Part shown: piece by piece, positions 9,501 to 17,210 of the stretch
How positions within the stretch are numbered: the stretch's first letter is position 1
Layout: every line of letters starts with the position of its first letter
Origin: a virus
Lineage: Duplodnaviria > Caudoviricetes
Virus record (IMG/VR): IMGVR_UViG_3300030099_004360
Coordinates: 1 to 26,789 of that record
Strand: one strand, 5' to 3'
Length of the DNA: 26,789 nucleotides
The notes under the pieces: generated by a model
What the model saw: only the letters and a program-made list of their open reading frames with translations
What the model was told of the DNA's origin: nothing
The model's database searches: none
Translations under genes and position numbers: made by a program

Positions 9501-9685
9501 TGACTATAATCAATAGTACTAAAATACTTTTGCTGCGGCGCGCTAGTCTCAACAACTTCTTCAACTTCTTCAACTTCTGGTTGAGGATTTTCTTTCTTCC
9601 ATATTTGAGCTAATCGAAAGATCTGTTCATCATTCAATCCCTCATCATGTAAAGAACTTATATAGTCTAATAAGTTGTCTGCCAT
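527..9685 (-). CDS. Giant (3052 aa) polyvalent, probably virion-ejected internal protein with zincin, sigma-r2-like and HAD domains
   Basis: Uninterrupted 9.16-kb ORF downstream of the tail and pilot-like genes. Gly/Ala-rich hydrophobic helices (GLVVFGGFLAQLGL; IAYYGAAQNLLFNGLQNAIW). HEDIH at aa 1129-1133, RRFNPDRGINFSTFFYSNIR from aa 1350, DADET at aa 2160. Confidence 0.85.
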   Translation of the reverse strand: MADNLLDYISSLHDEGLNDEQIFRLAQIWKKENPQPEVEEVEEVVETSAPQQKYFSTIDYSQLNLSNSFKPIDFSLSAIQDRVNFTERQLLKNQKEQEAEQVELEEIELVANNPYNPAEMGEHLGIDVWTNMNDEYDKSGLRKLRTWAESNNTYTQDLGGPNENTYDLNKPIVLGGRELAIDNYLNDELKKPAHFAMGENRNNQTTWMFTNDPKAQQKIKDKYIAGLEEGESAYGLDIFKGIAPVNLPDLQGRRIFTGMQEVKDKWNWDYDQIFNWGERYLDEDGLEFKRLNDLYNSMGDNNDEKEALGKKIEQLAKERNYGTKLYDTATGEVIGIDKATTKDLVNYEKSEELAITTEYEDLELGLESQYYKLLTLSKDVRELNNKLGQGRTGFTGADSVSTIPGVVPGVIRDEDGNITGYTDDFYTSQSGMYAPDEYQKLMESHPDWNTGDIDFTYPVGNIRSQNGLLPKGLIEKITEFINTGEIPAGLKEIPSSHPLAAAYNEALNGYVVFNQAMQLNRNPIFMKSSMEAAEVVDEAMNMFGDNIVTINERKNLFADALNDIGFDVSPEEITDQLDKGFGNKVSRGLVVFGGFLAQLGLTRKVTPVNGQRATKLFQDIGARSGIYARSPWAKTAIDLTAKSIGEASDFAMTTKLYGEKDDSALDSAIFGASMPFGQALFKGFSNFLNTRYVAGYTPIMQRLMKDPTAGKFITRSGEAQAGAFAYQTGSAFSSFVLDTGNYLESLEAEGSNLFEKHVEETLKMMIMGRVGKGVKGMENVAYAFQNSYVRISNKGRLTKDSKDAAKSLGIDNNIIKDPKADSYEKVIDAQTKALEELKKKKGSMDSKEYEDAFNEILTNTQRVKNQLALNEVSDIIKENRKKPDGKLITDDQLFIISNKIKAGSKLTETESDILGQPGTPTRLVAERLGIEAGTPAYNILKNYLLRNRYIQHQLNGGGAFYMENGVNFTAQGEFYTSNPKTRKEAYNFLMKREELNDQLKTLENQLKGEGLSESEKIDIKSELDALKLEVFRYSKGGTTYEALQSKIKKENLELLTEELAMEYDLPGGKTTPKTSKQEFQDSFNKWVEAGEVKAQNVKEEIAVINPKTGEAFVNLEVATKIKDFTSKNHEDIHKVLLYSLKDNNNKVTEEGIKLIDDALSQLSDNQRAVLDAEVSSRYDTKRPKNEWYEENLSVLSELIKSKRITFTEEFGEKLKGFVPFLKEKGLENIDPETVTGKQIFDMISGFAQGKENSIIQAEQYARDAAKARGEDVSVIPVETSRSAKKNANELILEFKENNPTINSQTNIPKNLLDQMFTMTADAWKFDVKKGTKTQEEFESDAQQYFTGILRRFNPDRGINFSTFFYSNIRPKAEKFYKTLEKETITDSADQRREQGKEVVETEEMVLTEERPTDNKGLAKPPTSTTIYKPEALGTLGIAQEIIEQKRGEGKSDTEIINEHITEVIERNFEGVDVSKFKDTKVPEELAKLYANMFGIETVAGLTEKARNFPKKDEKALIRLRQFLIDNSASDFARLPKTVDMLGRGTGVYQNKFGKAMYDAEGNLVGTLKDYRDILQGKNVTVNGIEFNAVGKNGKRKPIYRGDLQASIKFATDMHMRNNILERTSTQGERLQMGGVYSKPKETVAAEEIIEAPYGSLAASKKTFETSFNEYLAEKGLPPLPTDSKERVKMYRELTLNQLVDKFGDLTPQIVKWLGAGGMRVPTRASGTGGKMVGVSDKSGTLEAIEKKYGKYIEGKPKTEENYTPEYKNFLEAQQKGEILQLVELNKEVENEIIDREITENRIKAYENQINPNTKKKYTREQAEEAVAEEGRKMALALKTQTLGKLEQNKREYEDIQEGKELIFDKFREIYKENPDKLGALISLIYTGNATNHPFRGFATVLGAEKGVGPGVKGREEHVFQYGNFADAFARAISGSDKVYEGFKKWAKENYYQIKVSKETKNIIDQGTITVNRYTGETIEGYGPSDGMHPKFEARLKEALETGDFSKLPDPRYRYYNEYLAANSNKVGREYYNETTKKWEYRTDAEDYNVAVKPKFFDNPIVISEQGRLIQRVIESESGILNEDNPLFLTRTQAKQQMDAFMLLEPSVNASLSKQKNQYVGGKSPNLDTVEGLVYHLAQTDAAARNARKLNKEKKSLTAFDADETLVVTKSKVKVEMPDGTKFELDPSEFGSQAKELESQGAKFNFDDFMTIKGGEEGPAFKRYLEQYKQHGGENMFVLSARPKEFAAPMQAWLKSKGIDIPVENIIGLGNGTPAAKANWFINKGAEGYNDFLFADDILPNVKAVQGVIDVLQIDGPVQARLSSKPKDFNDIFNQNLELRTTELGNKVGADWQISEARAQTMGRRKNMNMFKNFFMGYSAEDFQGLLYATLPKGKAGENMFQFYQENLIDPFNLAERKIESAKIAASSDFKELKSRLTNLPKSMNKETGIGGFSFGDAARVAIWTQQGMEIPGLSKRDAKELNKFVRDNSDLNIFVQEVIKMQKGKQYPKPDKNWVAGTLTTDIMSEINKVNRKEYLQEWQENVDIIFSPENKRKLRYAFGDKYIEALDDMLRRMKSGNNKPIGGSRTINNMLDWVNGSVGATMFLNTRSATLQTISAVNYLNWGDNNPYAAGKAFANQKQYWKDFSTLFNSDYLVNRREGLQINVTESEIADAAKKDGAKGAIAYLLNKGFVLTRGADSFAIASGGATFYRNRIMTYEKQGLSTEEAQRKAFDDFRKVSEENQQSSSPMRISQQQASGGGRLILAFKNTPMQYARIIKRSTQDLVNGRGDWKTNVSKIAYYGAAQNLLFNGLQNAIWTEAFDEDGDGTEKGARTANGMVDSLLGGLGYQGSVAIALKNSLFTIARENEKDSPEFRKAVNDLLDFSPPIDVKARKIISAANTFSWERQAIQEEGFNLNNPAYLATAQLISAGVNIPADRALQKINNTRMILSDNSEKWQKIALALGWSTWDVGLPYYGVPSNEPLSPEREMENREIEMRQNTNTREQKKMLLDLGLTNKEIRELRYEKNRIKKIIALQDKKKKDEEKNKTSGR
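2750..3230 (-). other. HAD-superfamily phosphatase domain within the giant protein
   Basis: Motif I LTAFDADETL (DxDxT, nt 3194-3208), motif II MFVLSAR, motif III AAKANW, motif IV FLFADD (DD at 2798-2803), all in canonical order. Confidence 0.85.
5550..5830 (-). other. Sigma70 region-2-like segment within the giant protein
   Basis: EEFESDAQQYFTGILRRFNPDRGINFSTFFYSNIRPKA aligns by eye with the sigma region 2.2-2.4 pattern (EDLxQEGxxGLxxAxxKFDPxRGxxFSTYAxxWIR). Confidence 0.6.
6050..6400 (-). other. Zincin-like metallopeptidase (HExxH) domain within the giant protein
   Basis: Beta-strands IAVINP..AFVNLE precede helix NHEDIHKVLL (HEDIH at nt 6287-6301). Downstream EWYEE (about 6115-6130) is a candidate third zinc ligand. 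Confidence 0.7.
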
Positions 9686-9686
9686 G

Positions 9687-10787
9687 TTATGCTAAATTAT
9701 TATCGTCTATAAACTTTTGTGCTTTTGCTTTTTTTGCTTCTTCAAGATCAAAAACAGCTGCATCAGCTTTAACGGTTGGTATTTGATTTGTAGTAAATTG
9801 TTTTAAATAATTATTCATGAAATATTCTTTATATTTTTCCATAAATAATTTTTTCTTATCTTGTTTTAAAGGTAAATCTTTTTCATAAGACCAAGATGAA
9901 GAAGCTGCATTTGCATTTTGAGCCATCTCACTATCTTCAGTTATACTAGTGCTTTTAGATATAAAAACATTCCACGCGGCTACAACTTCTTGTTCTATTG
10001 AAAGCAACCCTGCTACTTCAGCTTCTATAAATGGTGTTATTTTTCTTTCTATTTTATCTAAATCAAACTTAAGTATGTTTCTACCTTTACCCATACCTAT
10101 GTCTATTATTTCATAGTTATAACTACCATCTTGATTTTTTAAAACAAATTCATCAGCTATTTTAGCAGTAGGTAATAACTCGCCTGTTTCTGGGTTTGTT
10201 GATTTACCCGCTAAAACTCCAACTTCACTAACAAGCCTAAGCATATCGCCATTAATATCAGGAGTATTAGCTACAATACCTACGCCTTGATCTAAAAGTG
10301 TTTGTAAAACAATACTGTTTATGGTTAATGGTTCTTGTAATAAACCACCTGAAAAAGTTATTACTTGCGCGCCTGTTTCTTGTATTTGTAAGCTAATATT
10401 ATATCCATCAGACATAGAAAAACCTGGCTTACCTAAAAATATAGAATTACAAACAGAATACTTATAGCTTTGATTTACATCGTAATAAGTTGAATCTGTT
10501 ATTGCTAATTGCTCTGCTATACTAGATAAAAAATCTATTGATTCTTGAGGAGCGTTTTCAAGTACTTTTAATATTTCAATTTCTTTAATACAAAGCGGAT
10601 CGTTACATTTATTAGCCTCAATAGTCATTTTAACTTTAGCGTACATTTTTCCAGTATGAGCATAGGCATTGTCTAATATTTTAAAATTATAATCTGGATC
10701 TGAAGCCACATAGTTGCTATTATGAGCTAAAACGTTGCTTTCGTTAAACTGTTTTATTAATAAATTAATTTTTATATTCTTGTCCAT
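9687..10787 (-). CDS. Hypothetical protein (366 aa), probably virion/ejection module
   Basis: Long ORF tightly packed between the pilot-like gene and the giant gene (TAA-C-ATG junction). No recognisable catalytic motif. Confidence 0.75.
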   Translation of the reverse strand: MDKNIKINLLIKQFNESNVLAHNSNYVASDPDYNFKILDNAYAHTGKMYAKVKMTIEANKCNDPLCIKEIEILKVLENAPQESIDFLSSIAEQLAITDSTYYDVNQSYKYSVCNSIFLGKPGFSMSDGYNISLQIQETGAQVITFSGGLLQEPLTINSIVLQTLLDQGVGIVANTPDINGDMLRLVSEVGVLAGKSTNPETGELLPTAKIADEFVLKNQDGSYNYEIIDIGMGKGRNILKFDLDKIERKITPFIEAEVAGLLSIEQEVVAAWNVFISKSTSITEDSEMAQNANAASSSWSYEKDLPLKQDKKKLFMEKYKEYFMNNYLKQFTTNQIPTVKADAAVFDLEEAKKAKAQKFIDDNNLA

Positions 10788-10793
10788 AATTTT

Positions 10794-11468
10794 TTAACCT
10801 TGTTTACCACCAAAATAATTACTTGCCATACTTGCCATGCTGCCAATTGCACCTGTAAAAGCAGCTGTAGAATCTGCGCTAGCTTGAGCCGCTGCTCCTC
10901 TTAGTGCTCCTATTTGATTTGCTAATCTGTCTAACTGTTGCATTTCTCTTTGCTCTGTTTGTTGGAACACAAATTGTTTTCCTGAAACATCAGCTTGTTG
11001 AATTCTTTGAGCCTCGCTCATTTGTTGTTGTTGAAGAGTTGCTTCTCCTTGAGCTCTTGCTTTTTCATTAGAAACTTCTTGAGCCTCAATACTTGCGGCC
11101 ACATTTTTTTTAGACTGTAAGGCGGCTTGCGCTAAAGCGGTTGCACTTCCAGCTCCTCCTCCAGTTGCTCTAATAGTATCAAGTGTATTTGCAAGTGCTA
11201 TATCTGATTGCTCTACTTGCATTTGTGCAGCCTGAGTAGCTACAGATAAATTTGCAAACGGATTTGAAAGCATACCACTAAGATCACTTACATTTTCATA
11301 AGGATTTATTATTTCCTGTCTATTAGCTTCTAATCTATCTAATTTTCCTTGAAGTCTTCTAGTTTCAGCTTTTAATTGTCTAGCTTGTTTTTTAGCCGCT
11401 CTGCTTCCAAATATAGCGCTACCTACTTGTAAAGCACCTCCTATTATAAGTCCTGCTGGTCCTGCCAT
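10794..11468 (-). CDS. Putative DNA ejection/pilot-type internal virion protein (224 aa)
   Basis: Gly/Ala hydrophobic N-terminus (MAGPAGLIIGGALQVGSAIFG) followed by a basic patch, Ala/Gln-rich coiled coil and a Gly/Ala/Ser C-terminus. Positioned after the tail genes, as podovirus ejection proteins are. Confidence 0.65.
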   Translation of the reverse strand: MAGPAGLIIGGALQVGSAIFGSRAAKKQARQLKAETRRLQGKLDRLEANRQEIINPYENVSDLSGMLSNPFANLSVATQAAQMQVEQSDIALANTLDTIRATGGGAGSATALAQAALQSKKNVAASIEAQEVSNEKARAQGEATLQQQQMSEAQRIQQADVSGKQFVFQQTEQREMQQLDRLANQIGALRGAAAQASADSTAAFTGAIGSMASMASNYFGGKQG

Positions 11469-11486
11469 ATTTTTAAATTTTTATTA

Positions 11487-12941
11487 TTAATATCCATTGT
11501 TTGCTTCATAATTTGTTCCTACAGCAAATAATTCTTTTTCACCACCTACATCAGTAATTTTATCTGTTTGTATTTTTACAGTAGCAAAATAACCTTTTAT
11601 TCCTGAAATAGCTTGTCCAAATAATACTTCTCCTGGCACATTAAAAGGAGTTCCTGGAGAATTATTTATTAGATTTGCTACGTATTTATTTTCTTTTCTA
11701 TCAAAGCCAGCGTGGTAAAAAGGTAGTGCCCCAAAACTAGGATTACCATATGATACGTTGTTTGAGTCATACTGACCTTCATAATAACTTAATACTTCTA
11801 GTGTTTGATCAAAAGTAGAGTCCCAGCCAGGGTTTCTTGAATCTACGCCTGTATTACCAGATACAAAACTTGCTACGCTCCAACCGTTATCTCCTTCATA
11901 TTCAACTGTTTTAAATGTTTTTGAAACTTGAGGGTTTGGATTAAAAACAAATGTCACAGATGAATCTTCTTGTTCACCATAATAATTTGATCTAGTGCCT
12001 TCATAATGTCTCCAAATCTGTCCATCTTTTATACTATAAAAATTGTTTCTTAAACTAAACATGTTGTCTGGATTATAAGTATAAAAACTTGTCCAGCCTT
12101 GTATTGATTCGTCCCAACTTAAAGTTTTGTAATTTTTATCATCAGGATAAAGCAATAAATTTTTCTTTAAATTAAGAACATATTGTTTATTGTGTATATC
12201 CCAGCCACCTATTATAGTTCCTTCAACTCCACCTACATTTATTTCATTACCTAAAGTATCTCTAAAATAATCTATCATGTTAGCACCTGATATTTCTTTT
12301 AAGTTATTACCAGCTAACTGAAGAACTACATTATTGTTTTTATCTGTAAAATATTTATAACCGCCGTATACAGCAAAACTTGTTGGATCTTTGCTTATAC
12401 CATATTCACCATAAACAGGTACTATTTGGCCTATTACTAGATTTTGTTGGGTTACTGGTGTGCCAGATCCTTCAGCAGAATATATAGCATCTTTATCTAT
12501 TAAAGCTGTATTTATTTTTAATTCTTGAAAAATTGTTAAATTAGTATCTTCTGCGTAAAGTTTTTGAACACTTCCTTTAGCGGGATCAAGTGATTTAGTT
12601 ATACTATCTGCTACAGAAAAAACATTAGTATTGTTAATACCTGTTCTTGAATTATAAATACCTGAATATATCAAGCTATTACCTCTAATAGCGCCTGATG
12701 GTTCTTCTTCAACTAAGTAAGCTTTAGCTCCAAAAGAAACAGACGTGTTATTGTAACCACCATTTATTCTTGACTCTTCAATAACCCATTGATTATCATC
12801 TGTAATAGGATTATTTGCTGGATAACCACCTTTAGCAGCAGGTATTCCATAAGAACCACTCCAAACAGGCTTTGGGTCATCATCCATTGTTTTTTTAAGA
12901 ACAAAAGAATTAAAATATTTTACTTCTATTAAAGCTGGCAT
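11487..12941 (-). CDS. Tail stabilization/muzzle protein, C-terminal part (484 aa)
   Basis: Beta-propeller-like motifs YFTDKNNNVVLQL, IIGGWDIHNKQYVL, TLSWDESIQGWTSFYTY, SSVTFVFN..SKTFKTVEYEG, as recalled for the C-terminal half of crAss-like/P22 gp10-type stabilization proteins. Confidence 0.65.
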   Translation of the reverse strand: MPALIEVKYFNSFVLKKTMDDDPKPVWSGSYGIPAAKGGYPANNPITDDNQWVIEESRINGGYNNTSVSFGAKAYLVEEEPSGAIRGNSLIYSGIYNSRTGINNTNVFSVADSITKSLDPAKGSVQKLYAEDTNLTIFQELKINTALIDKDAIYSAEGSGTPVTQQNLVIGQIVPVYGEYGISKDPTSFAVYGGYKYFTDKNNNVVLQLAGNNLKEISGANMIDYFRDTLGNEINVGGVEGTIIGGWDIHNKQYVLNLKKNLLLYPDDKNYKTLSWDESIQGWTSFYTYNPDNMFSLRNNFYSIKDGQIWRHYEGTRSNYYGEQEDSSVTFVFNPNPQVSKTFKTVEYEGDNGWSVASFVSGNTGVDSRNPGWDSTFDQTLEVLSYYEGQYDSNNVSYGNPSFGALPFYHAGFDRKENKYVANLINNSPGTPFNVPGEVLFGQAISGIKGYFATVKIQTDKITDVGGEKELFAVGTNYEANNGY

Positions 12942-12944
12942 ATT

Positions 12945-12960
12945 ATTATTATTACTTGTT
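12945..12960 (-). promoter_or_regulatory. Intergenic motif AACAAGTAATAATAAT (copy 1), putative phage promoter
   Basis: 15/16 identical to 19221-19236. Both copies are intergenic on the coding strand, directly upstream of tail genes. Confidence 0.45.
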
Positions 12961-12977
12961 TTTTAAATTATTAACAA

Positions 12978-15900
12978 TTAAGGAAATGTACAACCACCGC
13001 TATCAGTAAATGGACCAATTTGAGCAGATGTAGGTATTGTCTGAGAACAAACAAACGCTGGTCCAGGAACTCCTGGATCACCAGCAAAATATTGATTTAT
13101 CTGTGGTCCACTTCCGCCACAACCTGTAAAACTAACTTGACCTCCAGTAGCAGGTATATTAAAAGTATATTTTCTACAAATACTATTATCGATGCTTAAC
13201 ACATAGGTACATTGATATTCTAGTGGTCCAGGATCTGTAAAAGTTATAGTTACATCATAATCGCCATCAGCAACTGTCGCGGTTCCACCTCCTGCAAAAG
13301 AAAGAGTAGCTAAAACTTCATTTCCAGATGCATCTGTATTTACAACAAAGCTACTTGTTACGTCTGAACTATCAGACTGTTTTGTTACTTCATGAGAAAC
13401 AGTTAGTTCTAACTTTGCTTCGCCGGTTAAAATACCAGAAGAACCATTTAAAGCACCAACTACAGTATTAGGTATTGGATTTGTATTATCTCCAGCTTGC
13501 CAATTAACAGTTCCTGGACATGGTCTACTACCTGGGTTATAAGGTGTTTCATTTTGTAAAACCACAGGTGATTGAACAATTGTTGTTGCCACACCGTTTA
13601 CTGTTGCTAAAAACTCAAAAGTATAAGTTATTAAATCTGTGTTTGATCTAAAATATAATGAACCAGCTGGTGCGGAACCTATACCATTAAATCTAATATT
13701 ATAAAAACCACTTCCTGGCGTAGGCTCTATTAATTCAAAAACACCGGTAGGACCAATTGGTATATTGGTTCCAGTTAAATCTGTAACACTTATTAGTTGC
13801 AGTTGAGGAGGTGTTTGCGTTATGTATCCTATTGAATTACCAAATTGGTCTACAAGTTCAAAATCAGCAGACAATATATTTGAATTAACAGATAGCGCCT
13901 CTGTAAAAGCACTAGTATTAAACGAATCAAAATCAACAGAAGAAGCAGTGTCATTTATTATAGCTTCATTTAGTTCTGATATTAAACCAGAGCTAGTTGT
14001 TTCCCAATATATATCTAAATTAGACTCAACAGGATCTGTTTCCATTACTGCTAACTGAGGAGAAGCATAATAATATATTCCTAGTGGAGGAAGTGTACCA
14101 CTGGGAACCGTATTTATTATAGGTGAAAACTGATAAACTTCACCAGCTCCTGCAGGTGTCATGTCTATTGATAACTCTAGTTCATATCCTGGAGGTGGAC
14201 CACCATTAGGAGTTAATTTAGTAATAAAAGTATTTGGTTTTATACCTGGTCCTTCAACTCTTTGACCAACTTTTAAACAATTTTGAGGAAAACTAGAGCA
14301 AGGCTGACCATTAAGTGCAACTAAAGTTATAGTACTGTTTTGAATTTTTAGTGTATCTCCACCTGGTTGCGCACCTAAGCTTCTAGCAGCTAAAACAGCT
14401 GGTGGTTGACCAAATATACCAGAAGGCGTGTTTATTCTAGCTATTAAAGGATCTGATTCAATATTATAAAATTCTTGATTAGGTTCAAAAAACTCATCTT
14501 TACTACCATCAAACAAGTCGTTGTCTGTCGCTATTGTAGAAACAATATTTGGAAAAGCTCCAGGATAAAATTGAGAGTTATTATTTGCTGGATCAACACT
14601 ATTTAAATTTTGTACTCTTCCATTTAAAACAACACTACTTCTAAATTGTCTTTGCTCTGGGCCAACTTCTGTTAAATCTCTAGGAACTTTATTTATATTA
14701 TCGTTGTAAAGAGGAGTGTGTGATGTTTTATTTAATTCTTTATAATCAAATGAAACTGCCGTGCCGGCAATAGGAGCGTCTTCTATTATAGCATCTGGAT
14801 ACGAAGCCATTACTCCAGGCAAATAAACATTATAATATTCTTGCTCTGTTTGTTTTACAACTATTTTATAACTATACCAACCCAATGGATTATAATCAGA
14901 ACTAGTAGTATCTCCATTATATAATCCAGGCCATAAAGTAGATGGATTAGGAGATTGTGGACTTATTGTTTCGTTAAATAATATTTTTAAAGCATTACCT
15001 GGCCAAGTTAATTGGTCAACACTTTCCTCTAAATAATCAGTATATATTGTAGACCCTTTAAATAATTTATTATTAAACTTTGTAGATCCTTTTTGATTGG
15101 ACAATACAACAGTAGATTGTCTTCCGTATATATCTGAAAGAACTACACCTACTTGATAATTTCTATTTTGTTTTAAAGTATGGTTAGGGTATTCTATTAT
15201 ACTTGTTGTGTTTTGAATACTACCAGGAGATTTAAATGTTAACGTACTACCTACAAGGCCAGGACCTGTTGTAGCTGTATCTATATCTATAGAACCTAAA
15301 GGATCAAAGCTAGTAACAGAAGTATTTGCCGCAATACCAGGTCCAGAAACTATAGACCCTGTATTTATAACACCTTGTATTGTTGCGGCTACAATTGGTA
15401 TTGTTGTTGCGCCAATAGGGTACCCTGCAACATCTACATCAGCTGAACCATTACCTAAGCTAAAACTAGCTTTTTCATCTACACCTAGATTGTAATTTAA
15501 ACCAGTTGGTGGAGTATGCTTGTCTTGATAATTACCGTAAACAATTCTGTTTGAAACAACCTCTTGAGACAAAGCTTTAACTGGTATTTTATCATATGTT
15601 CTTAATAAATCTGACTCTGGTAATACTTTATATGGTTTTTTAGCTTGATACTCATACTCATAAATATTTTTATTACCAAAAGTTAATATAGTTCCAGCTG
15701 CTAGTGTTTGATCACTAGAAAGAGTTATTATACCAGCTGAAGTTATTTTTACAAGAGTTGGAAAATCAGTTATTTGACCAAAATCATCTGAAACTAAAGA
15801 GCCTATTTTAGGATTACCATTAATGTTTATTAATTGAAAACTGCTAGAACCAGCCGCGCCTGGATCAACTTCGGCTGTAACACCGCTTTGATTTTGTATT

Positions 15901-17204
15901 TCTTCTACAGTTATAGTGTCTATTACGTTTACAGCAGTTGAATTAGATTCTTTATATAAAATATCTATTTCTGAAATACCAAAAGCTTTAGTTAAATGAT
16001 CAGCTATAACAGGAAGAGGTATTCTTAATAATATTTTATCAACTTTGTTTTCCATAAACTCAACAGTAGTTGTTCTGTAAGTATCTTGCTCACTAGTTAA
16101 TTCTATTGGTATAGCGGCGACACCTGTATCTTCTCCATCTGGATTTTCAACATCATACATAAAGTATCCATCTTGTTTTGGAATAAAACACTCTTGAGTA
16201 AAGGGAGCAAAAATAGAATATTCATTATCAACAAATTTAAATCTATAGGAAAATCTAGCAAACTTTTTAGTTAAAAAATCTTTATCTCCATTATATTTTT
16301 CATCAAAATAAGGATTAAATTGAAAAGCAAAAACCACATCATTTCCAGCCGCAGAAACATTACCGCTTAATTCAACCTCTACTTGCGAGCCAGAAAAATT
16401 ATAATCAACAACGTTGACAGTTACGCCTTGATCTTCTAAAAACCCATTAGAATCTATAATAGCTACATTCATACCCGACTTTATAGTTCCTTGTATTGTG
16501 CCTTTGTCTAATAATAATATATTTGTAGCTGCTCCAAAGGAGCCTAAAACTTTCCCACTACCTCCATCAGGATATGATAAACTAGTAACGTCATACATAG
16601 TTGTTTCATAAAAATTATCAGGTAAAGTAGGTGTTAAGTTTGAAGAGTTTCTATAAAGTTCTATTGCTTGATATGGATAATACTTAGCTACAGAAATTTT
16701 ACTTTCATTGTTGTAGAAAAGAACATCATTTATAGCTGTTTCTACGTTTATTACTCTTGGTTGATTTCTATTGTCTGTAAAAAATAAAAGATTTTCTAAT
16801 AAATTAACTCCTGTTATTGGATTTGCTATATTAAAATTTAACCATCTACCTTTTACAATTATCAACCCAGTATCAGTTCCAGCGTCATATACAACTATAA
16901 AATTTTCAGCAAGTGGATCGTATGTTGTAGAAATATTATTAGTTAAAAAAACAAAAACTCTATTATTTATTTCATCTGCAAACAAACCTATAGACTTTAT
17001 ATCAGCAACACCTGTTATTGTTTTAAAATCAGCGTTTGAAACAAGTGTATTACCTATAGAGTTTTCTAAAGCACCAACATTTTGACCTTCAGATTTACTA
17101 ACCTGAGTATTTACAGCGTTTCTATATTCACCTTGAGGTATTAATCGATCATCAAGATCTTTATTCATTCTACCTTTAATGAAACTATTACTTATTTTTG
17201 CCAT
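12978..17204 (-). CDS. Tail stabilization/muzzle protein, N-terminal part with inserted beta modules (1408 aa)
   Basis: N-terminus NSFIKGRMNKDLDDRLIPQGEYRNAVN, LLFFTDNRNQPRVIN, FARFSYRFKFVDNEYSIFAPF, NRIVYGNY, LKQNRNYQVGVVLSDIYGRQS, and synteny after the ring proteins. Confidence 0.7.
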   Translation of the reverse strand: MAKISNSFIKGRMNKDLDDRLIPQGEYRNAVNTQVSKSEGQNVGALENSIGNTLVSNADFKTITGVADIKSIGLFADEINNRVFVFLTNNISTTYDPLAENFIVVYDAGTDTGLIIVKGRWLNFNIANPITGVNLLENLLFFTDNRNQPRVINVETAINDVLFYNNESKISVAKYYPYQAIELYRNSSNLTPTLPDNFYETTMYDVTSLSYPDGGSGKVLGSFGAATNILLLDKGTIQGTIKSGMNVAIIDSNGFLEDQGVTVNVVDYNFSGSQVEVELSGNVSAAGNDVVFAFQFNPYFDEKYNGDKDFLTKKFARFSYRFKFVDNEYSIFAPFTQECFIPKQDGYFMYDVENPDGEDTGVAAIPIELTSEQDTYRTTTVEFMENKVDKILLRIPLPVIADHLTKAFGISEIDILYKESNSTAVNVIDTITVEEIQNQSGVTAEVDPGAAGSSSFQLININGNPKIGSLVSDDFGQITDFPTLVKITSAGIITLSSDQTLAAGTILTFGNKNIYEYEYQAKKPYKVLPESDLLRTYDKIPVKALSQEVVSNRIVYGNYQDKHTPPTGLNYNLGVDEKASFSLGNGSADVDVAGYPIGATTIPIVAATIQGVINTGSIVSGPGIAANTSVTSFDPLGSIDIDTATTGPGLVGSTLTFKSPGSIQNTTSIIEYPNHTLKQNRNYQVGVVLSDIYGRQSTVVLSNQKGSTKFNNKLFKGSTIYTDYLEESVDQLTWPGNALKILFNETISPQSPNPSTLWPGLYNGDTTSSDYNPLGWYSYKIVVKQTEQEYYNVYLPGVMASYPDAIIEDAPIAGTAVSFDYKELNKTSHTPLYNDNINKVPRDLTEVGPEQRQFRSSVVLNGRVQNLNSVDPANNNSQFYPGAFPNIVSTIATDNDLFDGSKDEFFEPNQEFYNIESDPLIARINTPSGIFGQPPAVLAARSLGAQPGGDTLKIQNSTITLVALNGQPCSSFPQNCLKVGQRVEGPGIKPNTFITKLTPNGGPPPGYELELSIDMTPAGAGEVYQFSPIINTVPSGTLPPLGIYYYASPQLAVMETDPVESNLDIYWETTSSGLISELNEAIINDTASSVDFDSFNTSAFTEALSVNSNILSADFELVDQFGNSIGYITQTPPQLQLISVTDLTGTNIPIGPTGVFELIEPTPGSGFYNIRFNGIGSAPAGSLYFRSNTDLITYTFEFLATVNGVATTIVQSPVVLQNETPYNPGSRPCPGTVNWQAGDNTNPIPNTVVGALNGSSGILTGEAKLELTVSHEVTKQSDSSDVTSSFVVNTDASGNEVLATLSFAGGGTATVADGDYDVTITFTDPGPLEYQCTYVLSIDNSICRKYTFNIPATGGQVSFTGCGGSGPQINQYFAGDPGVPGPAFVCSQTIPTSAQIGPFTDSGGCTFP

Positions 17205-17210
17205 TAAATT

